From Glaucostegus cemiculus (Eukaryota), in contig CDPCPM010000120.1 of the NCBI GenBank assembly GCA_976551045.1, forward strand, positions 868,001-932,000: a DNA stretch of 64,000 nucleotides. Reading direction: 5' to 3'. Below, one piece after another: positions 52,346 through 64,000 of this stretch (the stretch's first letter is position 1; every line of letters begins with the position of its first letter). Below the pieces are notes generated by a model that did no database searches, was not told the DNA's origin, and saw only the letters and a list, made by a program, of their open reading frames with translations. The position numbers and the translations under genes were made by a program.

Positions 52346-52355
52346 GAAAATCAAA

Positions 52356-52492
52356 ACAAAAACTGCAGATGCTGGAAATCTAAAATTAAAAAAACAGAAA
52401 AAAGCTAGAAGTACTTAGCAGGTCAGACGTCTGTGGGAAGAGAAACAGAATTAAAGCTTTCGGTCAAAGACTGCTTATCAGAACTGGGAAGG
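52356..52492 (-). mobile_element. Penelope-like terminal-repeat relic with degenerate hammerhead core
   Basis: Homologous to 20946-21066. The minus strand reads cagtt-CTGATAA-gcagtctttgacc-GAAA-gcttt. Confidence 0.6.
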
Positions 52493-52839
52493 AGATAAAA
52501 GAAACGTGGACTGGAAGGGAGGGTGGGGAAAGATCTGAATAGGTGAGCACTTATTTTGAGACTGTCCCCCCAGTTCCAGGCACCCCAGCCAGGGGAAACA
52601 TCAAGTCCCAATCTAACTTGTTAAGCCCTTCAAGAACTTGTGCGTGATGTTTTATAGAGAGCCTTGATCCATGCGGCAGGAGCACACATAAGCGCAGCAT
52701 AAATATACAAAGGATTGCACCACCTCACAAACAAGCCATCTGCCTGTTCTGTCAAGCACCTCATCTCCACCTACGGCATAGCTTGTGGGTCTTCACATTG
52801 GCCTCATCAGCCACCTCAGAATGCACAGAACATGAGTGG

Positions 52840-52987
52840 AAGCACATTGTCCTCAACCGCTGAGAAGGAGACTCCCTCAGGACTCACTAGAATGTCACCG
52901 TTGAGTTTTGTGCTCAGGTGTCTCTGAGTGGGACTTGAATCCTGAACTGTATGACTCAGAGGCAAGACTGCTACCCACAGAGCTACC
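52840..52987 (-). mobile_element. Deu-domain SINE 5' (tRNA head) fragment
   Basis: Minus strand ggtagctctgtgggtagc...gcctctgagtca...gattcaagtcccactc (A and B boxes), then ctgagggagt. Confidence 0.65.
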
Positions 52988-53867
52988 CGTGGAACCTGAC
53001 TAAGTTTGCTAAGTGATGCTTGGGAAACTCAAAAATAAAAAAAGAGGCAGGAAATACGGGCTGAAGAAGTTAGGTGTCGTTTCCAGCATTGCCCTCGTGG
53101 ACAAGGAGTCCACCTGGTCTGTCAGGCGGTCAGCCAGTCGCAGACACTGTCTTCCCCATTGCTCCAGCCGCAGACACCCCCACCCACCAACAATATCCCC
53201 CACATCCTTCCTCCCAATCACTGATCTCTGACCATCTCTGATCAAGGCCTCCCAACCCTCCCAGTCTCACCCTTTCCCTCTCTCAGTTGATTCTCTCTTC
53301 CCCTCTCATCCCTCCACAGTAGGTCCTGATTTCTTGCCATCTTCCCAATTCCTATCTCTTCCCATCTCCCAACCCATGAATCTTCCGCAATCTCTCTCCT
53401 GATTGCTTTGTTTCCCATCGCCATGTGTAATATTTGTCCTTCTCAGCCTGATGGCCTCTTTCTCCACCTCCATGCCAATATCACCCTTTGTCTCCCATCC
53501 ATCCTGGCCCCTTTCTTATATCCTACCGCCCCCCCACCCTCCAGATTGCCAGGAGTTTCCCAAAGCCTCCCTGAATGTGGTTTCCTCTGGCTGCGTTCTC
53601 TGCGTAGAAGCCCGTTGGCCTGTCGACCCAATGACCTGCCAACCCCGGGAAAGAAGAAATGAACCAGAATGAGGAATCTGTTGTTAAATTCATCTCCACC
53701 TATGCAGAACCAGTGTATTCACTTTCCCCTGAATTTACACCAAAAATATTGGGATTGTTATCTCTTTAGTACACGCTCTTGAACTTTTATCCAGCTTCTG
53801 ATTTCACAGCTACTTAAGTAGGCTCTGGTTTTACTGCACAGCTAAGCCAGATCCTGTGTATGCATCC

Positions 53868-53906
53868 CTGCGTGTGTGTGTGTGTGCATGTGCGTGTGCG
53901 TGTGTG
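53868..53906. repeat. (GT/GC)n imperfect microsatellite
   Basis: Seen directly. Confidence 0.88.
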
Positions 53907-54802
53907 GACACACAGATGTGCATCGGTGTTGATTTTAATTCCTTCTTGGGTGTTAGTTTCCCCACTAATTGTCTTGCATCTGTATTTTCCACTAATTGAC
54001 CTTTAGTGATTGAAAGGGTGGTAACTTCTTGTTACCTTGTATTATGGTGTGGCATTGCTGCATGGAAACTGTCTTGGAACTCTTCCTGGCATCGTGTGAG
54101 GTGGACACACTCTTGTCGCATCATGCATTTGATTAGATTGGATTAATGACAGTATTCTTCATTCATTTTGCCACTGGAGTGGATAGTCATAACATCACAT
54201 GAGGCACAGGTATACATTAAAATGCATCCCTCTGAGCTGCTTCTAATCAGCAGTACTAAACTAGGCTAATAGGGTTGGCCTCCAGATATTTTCCTTGTTA
54301 ATGCAGGACTGTGTAAGTGTTCGGCCCTTGTATGAATGTTTGTTCTTATTGGAGAACTTTTGAAAGGAGGGAACAAGAAACACACAGGGTTGTTTACCAA
54401 CCTTTCAGCTGTAAGGTTCTGAGTTTAATCCCATTTCAATGCACATACCAACCAAGGCTGAATCACAACTCTTTAAAAGGGCAAAATGCTTTCCAGTTTC
54501 AATGATGGTTGCAATTTTACTCAGACCATTTAAGAGTATTATCGGTACTCAAAACTTCCAAAACTTAAATCGCGAAAGACTGCGAAAGAAAGGGTGAATA
54601 TTGGATCCTCGTTTCTTATCTGTCACTTTGATGTGAAGACATTATTAGTAAATGAAGGTATATTGATTGTGGCTCAGGGGTCAGGATTAACCAGAATGGT
54701 CACTGCTCCGTTGAAGCAGTGGGTATTCTGCCTTGCAGCTATGGCCTTTTTGGAGGTCAGGTGCCCTGTGCCCGTTTGCACAGAGGAATTAGACAGAACA
54801 TG

Positions 54803-55094
54803 NNNNNNNNNNNNNNNNNNNNNNNNNNNNNNNNNNNNNNNNNNNNNNNNNNNNNNNNNNNNNNNNNNNNNNNNNNNNNNNNNNNNNNNNNNNNNNNNNN
54901 NNNNNNNNNNNNNNNNNNNNNNNNNNNNNNNNNNNNNNNNNNNNNNNNNNNNNNNNNNNNNNNNNNNNNNNNNNNNNNNNNNNNNNNNNNNNNNNNNNNN
55001 NNNNNNNNNNNNNNNNNNNNNNNNNNNNNNNNNNNNNNNNNNNNNNNNNNNNNNNNNNNNNNNNNNNNNNNNNNNNNNNNNNNNNNNNNNNNNN
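54803..55094. other. Assembly gap (N run)
   Basis: Run of Ns. Confidence 0.99.
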
Positions 55095-58000
55095 GCTGAG
55101 GAAGCTGCTGGGAGGTTCCCCTCCCTGTCCTGAAGGGCATGGCTGCCTTTTAGTGTAAAAACCTTGGCAGGAATACCAAACAGAGCACTCCTTCCACACG
55201 CAAGTCAAAAGTTTTACTTTGCTTGGCTCTTGCTCAGCCTTGACATTTCCCAGTTTATTGATGAACAATTTTGTTTCTCTGCAACTGGAGTAATGTGAGA
55301 ATTTTCCCATCTGGCTGTGCTAATGCAAACAAGTGTACAATTAAAGCCACTGTAGAATTCAGAGCAAGCTCACTTCAATGTCTTCCCGGTTTTAATGCAT
55401 TGTTTTAAAGTGTTTTAATGTTCACCTCTTTGTAGAGGCCAAACTATTCCTGTACTACAGTAATCCTTTCCTTAAGCAGTATTGTTTTTCACATCAAAAA
55501 GACTAATTGAATTATCTCATTAATTTAATTTGTTAAGCAAATGTATTTCACCAACGCAGGATGTGCTCTTACAGGGAGGGTCCTAAGACTTTCCTTCTGA
55601 ATGGGTCATTGCTGCATTCTAACATTCATGCATTCATTAGCTTTGTCGAAAGAAAGGAACATTGGTTGTTTTTTTTCAAACAACCAAGCAGCATGGAGCA
55701 ACTTTTCCATCAGCCACAGGGGTCTTTCTACATATGTTCTCAACTCTGAGCCATTGTCACCTCCTCTGAACAACTCAAAGGGACAAAAACAACAAAGGCC
55801 AGCCACAACAATTCCAAGCAGTTAGTTTAATGCAGCATAGAGGGGAAAAAAGTAGTTTGTATTCATTTTTACAGCCTTTTTTTGCTGCTTCAGAACATTT
55901 TTCAGTGTTGCATCTTATAATTGGTGAAGGAGAATGAGCACTAATGATATATAAAGGTAATTATTTAATGTGCAGATATGCAGTTTACTGAATTCTAAAC
56001 ATTTAAATGCATGTGATTTAAGTTCTGCTCCATTTTGTGAATGGAGTGTATCATGTAGCAATCCTTAACACACATGCTACTTGCGGGATACTTGGAGATG
56101 CTGATATTTTACATTTACAGCCCCTCTCAGCAATGCCATGAAAGCAAAATAAGAATGAAACATAATTGAAGCTGGTGCATTCTTTTATCCACTTTGCCCA
56201 GCAACGTTGCTGGTGAGTTAATCAGCAAACTCGTCCTGCTTTGACTCAGTTTGAACTACATTCAAAGCCGAGCAGTGGAGATATCTTGCCAAGGCTGATT
56301 TTTATTGGCTAGAAGGAAGAGATTCTTAAATTAGATACATTGAGAAGCCCTCAGACCACTCAACTAGCCCTTAGCTCCCTTTGCCTTTACTCTCAAGTAC
56401 TCTCCTGTATGGTTTGCAAAGAACATATTTGATCACAGAATGGAAACAGGAAGTGCTCAGGCACAAAGGCCTTCGTCTATAAACACTCTCATCAATTTTC
56501 AGAGGTGTCCTTACCTTTGTTACAACACAGATTGAGGTGACTTTTATTTCAAGCTTTTGGGCTTCCTTAGAAAGTGTGTGATTTTATTGGAATAAAATTG
56601 TCCCCTTTTCAGGATTTAAAAAAACTCCTCAAATGCCTCAATGAGTTCCTTGAAATAGATGCTCTGAGCAAAGCTAGAAGTTTAAATTCAAATTGTTTCA
56701 AATTCAAACCCAGCCAGAATAAAATTGAAGGATCAGAGGTAAGTTGGAAAATCACCAAGATGTAAAATATAATTCAGAAAGAGAAAAGCAATTGATAGTC
56801 AGTGAACATAAATTATAACCAATTTTAGTCGTGGGCACAGTTCTATTTCTGTTGCCATGGCAGTACTCTGGTGATGAAAATTATCATTAAGTTTGATGCA
56901 ACACACATGGCCTTTGCGCTGTTGGGCTAACAGTTAACCATGTTACACATGGCTACAGGCAGTCTTATCCAAGGAGAGGATGTTTGCTTGACACAAAGAC
57001 TAGTCCACCCATTATAGCCTGGACACAGGCTTTAGCACACCCTAGTTGACAGGCTGCTCTTTTGCAGCAGTGGTTCAGCAAGGCCTCTTTTGCATCCTGC
57101 CATGTTGCATTCGAATGGACAGCAGTTCGACTGGCAAGGCTGCTGCAGCATCTGCAGCTGGAACACATCTGCTTATTGTTTGCATCAATAATTGCCAGAG
57201 TTAGGTTTTTGTACTGTTATCAGGCTTTGCCACTAAGGGGAAAAAAAAGTAAATAAAAGCAGCATTGTTGACTGAGTGTTGCATTCTGCCAGGGCTGTAA
57301 AAAGCAGCTGTACCTTGAGTTATTATAAATGTCTGCTTTGTTTTAACATATGCAAATTTAAATTTGGAATCAGTAGTCTCCATTTAACCCATTGATACCC
57401 ATTGGATGGTTTATAATTTAGAGGGGTGGTGGTCCCCGAGATTCAAAATGGATTGAGGCTACTAGCCTCATTTGTCACGTACTTGTTTGCTGAAGGGACT
57501 CGATGTCAGCACTTTGGTCACCCATAGCAACCTAGGGACAGTTCACTTGTCACAGACCGTGTCTATAGAAAACTAAATGTTCCAGAGCTCATCAGTCACA
57601 GAGCTATCAGATAATTATGGCCAAGGCCACCAAAGCCTCTGCTTTTATCAAACAAGGTTCTCTGCAGCCTTTTCAGTACAATGGAAAGGACAGAAGTCAA
57701 CACTGTCTGCCATCTGTTGTCTTTGTCCTGTTCTCTCACATGAAGTAATGAAGCTATGAGATGGGGCTATTAACCCTTCCAAGAATGCAATAATTAACCT
57801 TCTCTTCAAAAAAAAGATGTGATATAAAAAATAACTCTGCAGTGAGTTTACAGATCTATTCGTTTTGAATCTATATGTTTGGACTGCTCCAGGGCAGCCC
57901 AGCTACATATTTTATAGGCCCAGTAGTCATTAGGTATTTAAACTCTCTTAGCTCCAAGTTGCAGGAAATAATTTCTTGGCAATTGTGAAGACTTAGGTGA

Positions 58001-60676
58001 TGGTAGAAGACCGTTTCCAGAAAGCTGTTATGCCAGAACTATCATTTATTTTGCACAGCAGTGCTTGGAGGACCAGTTCACCCAAAGTGTTGGTGATTAC
58101 AAATGGTACTTCCCATCCCCCAGTCCATACAGCCCTCGTTCTCACTCCCCAGTGTCTTTCTTTTAAACAATTGGGTTAACTTAGCCTGAAAAAACTAACA
58201 AAACTCTGAGCTTAAGTTGTCAAAGACCATTATTATTCGCTATTTTTTCAATGCATTTAAATATCAGAACTGATTTTAGTTTGCCACTGGACCGACAAAG
58301 TGCTCAGTTACGTGCCGATGACACCAATAGTGCGCACCTTTTTCCTCTTTAATTGGTGTGAAATATCTTTAGCCATAAGAGTGAAAAAAAATTGGCTCTT
58401 ACGTTGCATTTTCTCAGTATTACTTCTTAGTTTAATCCTTGTGTTCAGCTGGATGCCACAATAAAAGTATAAATATGCATTCTTGGAAAAGAGGCTGGTT
58501 TATTGCAGGTTTAGTGACAAATTTGAAATGGCTAAAGCTTTACCTTGGATTCTAATATATGATTCATTTGTACAGTGACTAGTAGAGAAGATTGGCAGAG
58601 GCTTGAATTATAATACTGCTGGAATTATTACCATGTCTTGAGCACTTCTTTCTCATCTAATAGCAAGATGTTTTTTTCATGCTTTACAGATCACTTTCTT
58701 TATAAAGTGCTACCCTAGGTAAATCCCAAATCTAGCTTAGCTACACTTCAAAGAGCATAAATATTTTTGAACTACCAGAAGTCAAACACTGTGCTTATTG
58801 ATGACTTTATCTATGAAACACAAAGAGTAGACAGAAAAAGAACTGCTGAGCATTGCACGCAATTGGTTTTTCTTCAGAGAGGTTTTTGAAACTAAGGCTT
58901 GCAGTTCCCTTTACTGCAGTGAAGTACTTAAAAAGTGAGAAGTGTAATCTGTTCTTTTTGTGTCAGTAGAATATGTCCCTCAAAGAGACTGGTGAATGCC
59001 TAAAAATAGAGAGTGCAGATTTATTAAAATCTCAGTTTTCCACTTATGTAATTTTCTAACCATCTGTTTGAATCATTGGTAGTTCCTGTAGGTTTCATTT
59101 TAAAGGCAGCTAAAAATTTTAAGAGATAGAATTTCAGAAGATCTTTCTAAATTTGAACATAAGAATATTTCTGTACAATTTAAGTAGTTTGACAGGAATA
59201 CATTTTCACTTAGCACCCAAATGTGCTCTTTAATTAAGCTATCTTCACCTTCCTGCCAGTGTCTGCCACTTAATATTCCAACAATGCAAGTTAAAAATGT
59301 AACAGATCGAGAAAAAGAACTCACCAACCCTCCCATGAATAGCCAGAAAATTACCGTACCATGATGACCTTCCATTTTCCGGCATTGAAAACCCAGATTG
59401 TTTTGACTATACTCATTTCTCAATCACGTGTTTCCTATTGATCATTTGGAATATAATGAGCAGCTATGGTGACAGGATCCAGAGTTGGCAAAGTCTGCTA
59501 AGAATGGTAGTTTAGCTCAGGAATGGTCTTATGTGGTGTTTTGTGTCAGTCATCCACACGATCTGGGTCCTTTGGCAGCACCAACTTTAGCAGAGAAGGG
59601 TTGCGTACTCCTTTGCAGCCCTGCTGGAGGGCGTTGTTGACGGGCTGCTGCTTTCAATGTAGTTGCCATTAATCATTGGCTGCCATGTTGTGACGCAGGT
59701 TCTAAAAACGTACCATTGAGATGTTGTTATGCGCTGGAGGCCTACAAACAGCACAGGTCTTTGATATTCGTCTCACACCAGGATAAAGAAAATCCAGAGC
59801 AAAAGTGCAAATAGACAAAGAAGAATTCCGTGGGTTGGGGGGTGGGAGGGGAATCGAATGAAGGGGAGGAAAGTAGTAAAATCAAAAACAGACACAGGGA
59901 CTTTTAATGTTTGGTTTTCCAGTGCTGCTATAACTCTTCTCCTGATTAACTTGAAAATTAAACACTGCCCTGTTGCATTGAGAGAGTTTTTGATTTGGGT
60001 GCAGTCCTCATCAGTTGTGGTATGTCATGCAAAGCTGTCTGAATAAAAGTATCCTTAAACTTAGACCTTTTTTTTCCATGGTAATATAATTTTGGATGTC
60101 TAACCATGTAACACTCCTTTTGTACATTACATATTTGTCAGCTGCTTTGCTTTACCAAATAAAATAGAAAGCAAGACAGCAACAGAGGTGGCTGGCTTAT
60201 GAATATTCATTGGCACCATTGCTCCTCCTTTCTTAAGGGCTCTTGAGATTTCCTGATGTCAAAGCAAGCTTGCACAGGCTGCTTTGACACCGTTCACAGC
60301 CACCTCAGCAACCCTTTGCCAGCGAAAAGAAAAAAAGCCTGTAATTATCCACACTTTTCTGAAATCCCCCCCCCCCCTTAATGTTCATTATTTAAACCAG
60401 CAGCAATTACAAGTTCAAAGGGGTTTAGGAGGCTAGCAACCTGCATAATCACTGCCAAATTAAGCAGGACTCATTCGTCACAGAACAGTTCACTCTGAGC
60501 AGTGAATCATGCATGCAGTGACAGGCACTGATTTACATGAAGACAGAAAGCCATGGCCTGCCGAGGTAGGGTTGAGCAATTCTCCATCCTCCAGTGTCCT
60601 GGTGTGTACCATATTCAGTTTACTTTTGTGGGGTGGGGAGGGTGGAAGTGGCAAATACCACTCATGCGCAGGTAAA

Positions 60677-60952
60677 CATGTGCGTTTGTGTGAGACTGTA
60701 GGTGCTTGTGCACACATGTAGGTGTATGCGCTTGTGTGTTCCTATGTGGCACATGTGTACGAGCACATGTATGCATGTGTGAGAATGTGCGTGTGTTTGA
60801 GTATATGTGTGTGTCTGCGTGTGGCTGTTCATTTTTGTGTGCCTGTGAGCTTGTGACCGTGTGTGCACACACCTGTGCAAGCATTGTGTGTGTGCATGTA
60901 TATTGCGTGCACGTGCATATATATTTTTGTGGGAGTGTGCAAGAGAGAGAGT

Positions 60953-60983
<31 letters not shown>
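60677..60983. repeat. Degenerate (TG/CA)n purine-pyrimidine tract ending in (GA)n
   Basis: Seen directly. It explains the low-complexity ORFs here. Confidence 0.9.
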
Positions 60984-63900
60984 TCTTTAGCTTCCTCAGC
61001 TACTGAAATTCTGCACAGTGTCAACAGAATTGCTTTTCAGGTGGTGATTGAGAATTCCAGGGGAGAATCTCTATGATATCCTATTACAGCAGCAAGTGAC
61101 CAGGGTCACACAAAGGAACTTGACACAGTGAAAAGCAGAAAAGGCGGCTCTGGCTTTTATCAGGCCTAGGTGCTTCTTTTCTTCAGCCTAAATCTGATAA
61201 CTTACATAAAGCAGCTTTTTTCTGTGATGCATGGTGGAAATCTTTCTACCTGAATCTCCCCCTGTTCTTTTAACAATCTCAACTGTATGATTTGTGAAGA
61301 ATATGGCATGTTTTGATGCAGAAATAATCCTTCAGATTATTTTTTGAAAACAAAAGAAAGATCTTTTCTCCCTCCTCCTCACCCTCTACATCAGCAGGGA
61401 GGATAAAATGCAGCAAACAGATGCTGTCAGTTTCTCTCCTTGGTTGATTTACCTGGAGGCACCCTTGAGCGATGCGAGAAAGGAGCTAATGCCGTGCCCA
61501 AGCAGTTTTACCTCCCTTCTGCAGACTGCTGGCCAAGACTTGGAAAACTTACCCCTGAGGGAAAGCCCAAGTTCAAATGTCGACCAGGACTGAGAATCAA
61601 ACTCAGTTGCCAACTCAACACTCCAAATTTGCAGCTCTGCAGCTGCTTTGTCCCATTCCTGGCCCACCTGAAGATTTTCTTTGATGCACACCAGTTCACT
61701 TAGCTCAGCTTTAGCTTTGGCGCGCAAAAAAAAACTATTACTGACCGCAACAATTAACAGCACTGTCTTGCACAAAGGAAGTCTAAGTATTTCTTGGCCA
61801 GGACCCATTGTTTCTGAAGATTTATAAATCAGATTAGCATCAGATTTTGACTATATTTAGATATTAAGTATAGGATGTTATTAAAGGATGTTATTAAAGG
61901 ATGCATTAGAAAATATCTTTAGCATACAGATTTTAAACCGTTACATAAATAGCGCTGACAGAATGTGCAGATTTGAATAACAAATGTGTTTATGTTAATT
62001 AGGGAGAGGAAGATTATATGTAGCTTTCTGGGACAGTGAGACAGAACTATTAGTAACAGCCAGGTCAGACTATGGCTCGAGCAAGAGGAGCAGATGTAAG
62101 AATGCTGAAAATCCTGTCGTGTGGCCTCGCAACTACACCATACAGTAATCCTTCACTATTATGAGCGTAATAAATGCTGTTCAACACAACAGACAGACAG
62201 TAGAGGAAACAGGGGTAACAGTTTGAGACAACTGAGTTTCCTTAACTCCCTAATATAAAAAAAATGGGGATGATTCTCCCGAGGAGCTGTTACAACTTGT
62301 GCCTAGTTTGAAGGGACTAGTTAAACTAGTGCCTGCTGGTCAAAGCCGGCAGTTGATAGTTTGATCACTTCGTTAATTATTCTGATTTCAAGTAAAAACC
62401 AACAGCTGCCTTCCACTTATAGTCGGCTGCAATTCAGCATATGCCTTCGAAGTTCTTCGGGCTGCTTCAGTTAATGCTTCCCCCTCCATTCCTCTTATAT
62501 GATTCTGAAAGTTGTTGAAAAGAATGAAGACACTTGTCAACAAGAGAGAACTTGAGGTTTATCAAATCTGTTTCAGACCTATTATATATCCAGCTCAAAG
62601 GCTAATGACCTGCTGGTGTGCGCAACAATTTAGTCAGCATTACTCGAGTTGGTAATGATCACAATGGTTGAACATCAGTATTGTCATGCTAATAACAAAG
62701 AGACATAAAAGATCAGTAGCCTCAGCCACGATATGGTAGAACAGTTGCTCTTTTATTATCTTTTGTAATAAAAGATAATTTGATAGAAACCAATGCGTCG
62801 GAGCTCTTGCACATTACCAATTTTTTATTGCTGTAAGCTGAGCTAGCTGATGAACAGCCTCCAGGGAGGAGTCAGGATCACTTTAGACTTCCTGTTAGGC
62901 CAGACTGGGAAAACCACTAATGAAAGAAAAGAAGCAAATGCTGTTAGCTCAGGTCAGCGGTAATAGGTAAGAACTCAAATATATGTTATGCATGCATGTT
63001 CAAAAATATTTTGTTTATTACCCCCTTTAATGTCTTTTATTTTATGTCATTGGAATGACAGTTTGTGAGCTGTTTCTTTAATACTGAAGTGCACTTAAGA
63101 TATAAATTGAGTTTATACAAAATTACATTTGTTTTAGCTGGCTAACCCTTACCCAAATCACCATTTGCATTTATAGATCCACAGAGACTGCAGTAAGTTA
63201 GGTTCATCCAGATCTAAACTAAATGCAGTTTCCCAAGGGTTTATCAAAGAATTGCTCCAAGTCAGTAGGGTGCTAAGCAGCTTGTCTGATGTGTGTGCTG
63301 ACTTTCTGCACTAGACGTAGAAAGGCTCCTCAGCTTTATAGCTACACAGCTATGATGAATGGTTGGATCATTCTAGGCTTTTAAACCTTGATATTCCCCA
63401 ATAGAAACATAATCTTCTGAAATTTAATCCTTCTGTATCTAAGGACTTTGGCTTATGTGCATCCCCTTCATGAGTCTCCCAAGGATCAGATGTACCATGC
63501 CCAGGAATACAAATTTTCATTGCCTAATACCACTTAATTCCAACTCCCACCCTCCACTGACATTAAATGGTTCCTATTTAGCACAAGGACAACCATTGCA
63601 TTTCCATCAGAGGAAACGATAACATAAAACCTTCATTTTGTGAGGATAGAATTTTACCAATAGTGATCAGGTCCACCTTCTTCTGTCCTTTCCCTAAATC
63701 AGTTACAAAATAAGCCAGTATAATAGTATCCTGTGACATTATACAAATGATGCCGTTATCATGGCACCCAGAATAACATCATATTTGGTTTGCAATCCCA
63801 AATTCCTGTTGTGATTATAAGAATTCAGGATTAAATTTTGCAAATCCTGCTGATTACTGGGATTATTATTTGCCATTACCTAGATGTTTTTTTCTGACTT

Positions 63901-64000
63901 CTGCTTTGCTGTTGACAAGCTTTGGGATTCATTACTAGAGACAAGTGTCACAAGTTCAAAGCTTCTGTACCGGGATAATCTGACAAGGATTTAAAACTGT

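Noticed and set aside
54594-55310. Long ORFs across the second gap, and the idea that exon 9 hides in the gap
   Set aside because: The ORFs are N artefacts. A short exon in the gap cannot be excluded, but nothing supports it, and MEIS genes have long introns in this part of the gene.
59880-59910. cagacacagggactt, resembling exon 9 codons (QDTGL)
   Set aside because: No HPYPSEEQK upstream, no acceptor and the frame does not hold. A chance match.
61871-61905. Short tandem duplication (aggatgttattaa x2 plus a partial copy)
   Set aside because: A simple slippage duplication with no spacers, so not CRISPR-like. The window is eukaryotic and has no prokaryotic systems.

Overview
Eukaryotic, vertebrate genomic DNA, most likely from a cartilaginous fish (shark or ray), judging by the repeat families. 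The window holds the 5' part of a MEIS2 (TALE homeobox) gene on the + strand. It includes a CpG-retaining promoter/5'UTR region and coding exons 1-8, which cover the MEIS/HTH domain and the first helix of the homeodomain. All eight exons have GT-AG boundaries and consistent phases. I did not find exon 9 or later exons. The rest is intronic: TE-poor for about the first 20 kb, then many SINE, LINE (CR1, L2, Rex1/Babar, RTE), Penelope-like and Harbinger relics, microsatellites and two N-gaps. I see no new multi-gene system. The best leads are regulatory: a strong-context uORF next to a perfect PBX-MEIS site in the leader, an in-frame, stop-free intron 1 containing a candidate 3-codon alternative first exon, and clustered MEIS/PBX-HOX motifs. 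Also notable are an inverted SINE pair, degenerate hammerhead ribozyme cores, and V-SINEs with tails from two different LINEs. All family assignments come from recognising motifs by eye, not from database searches.
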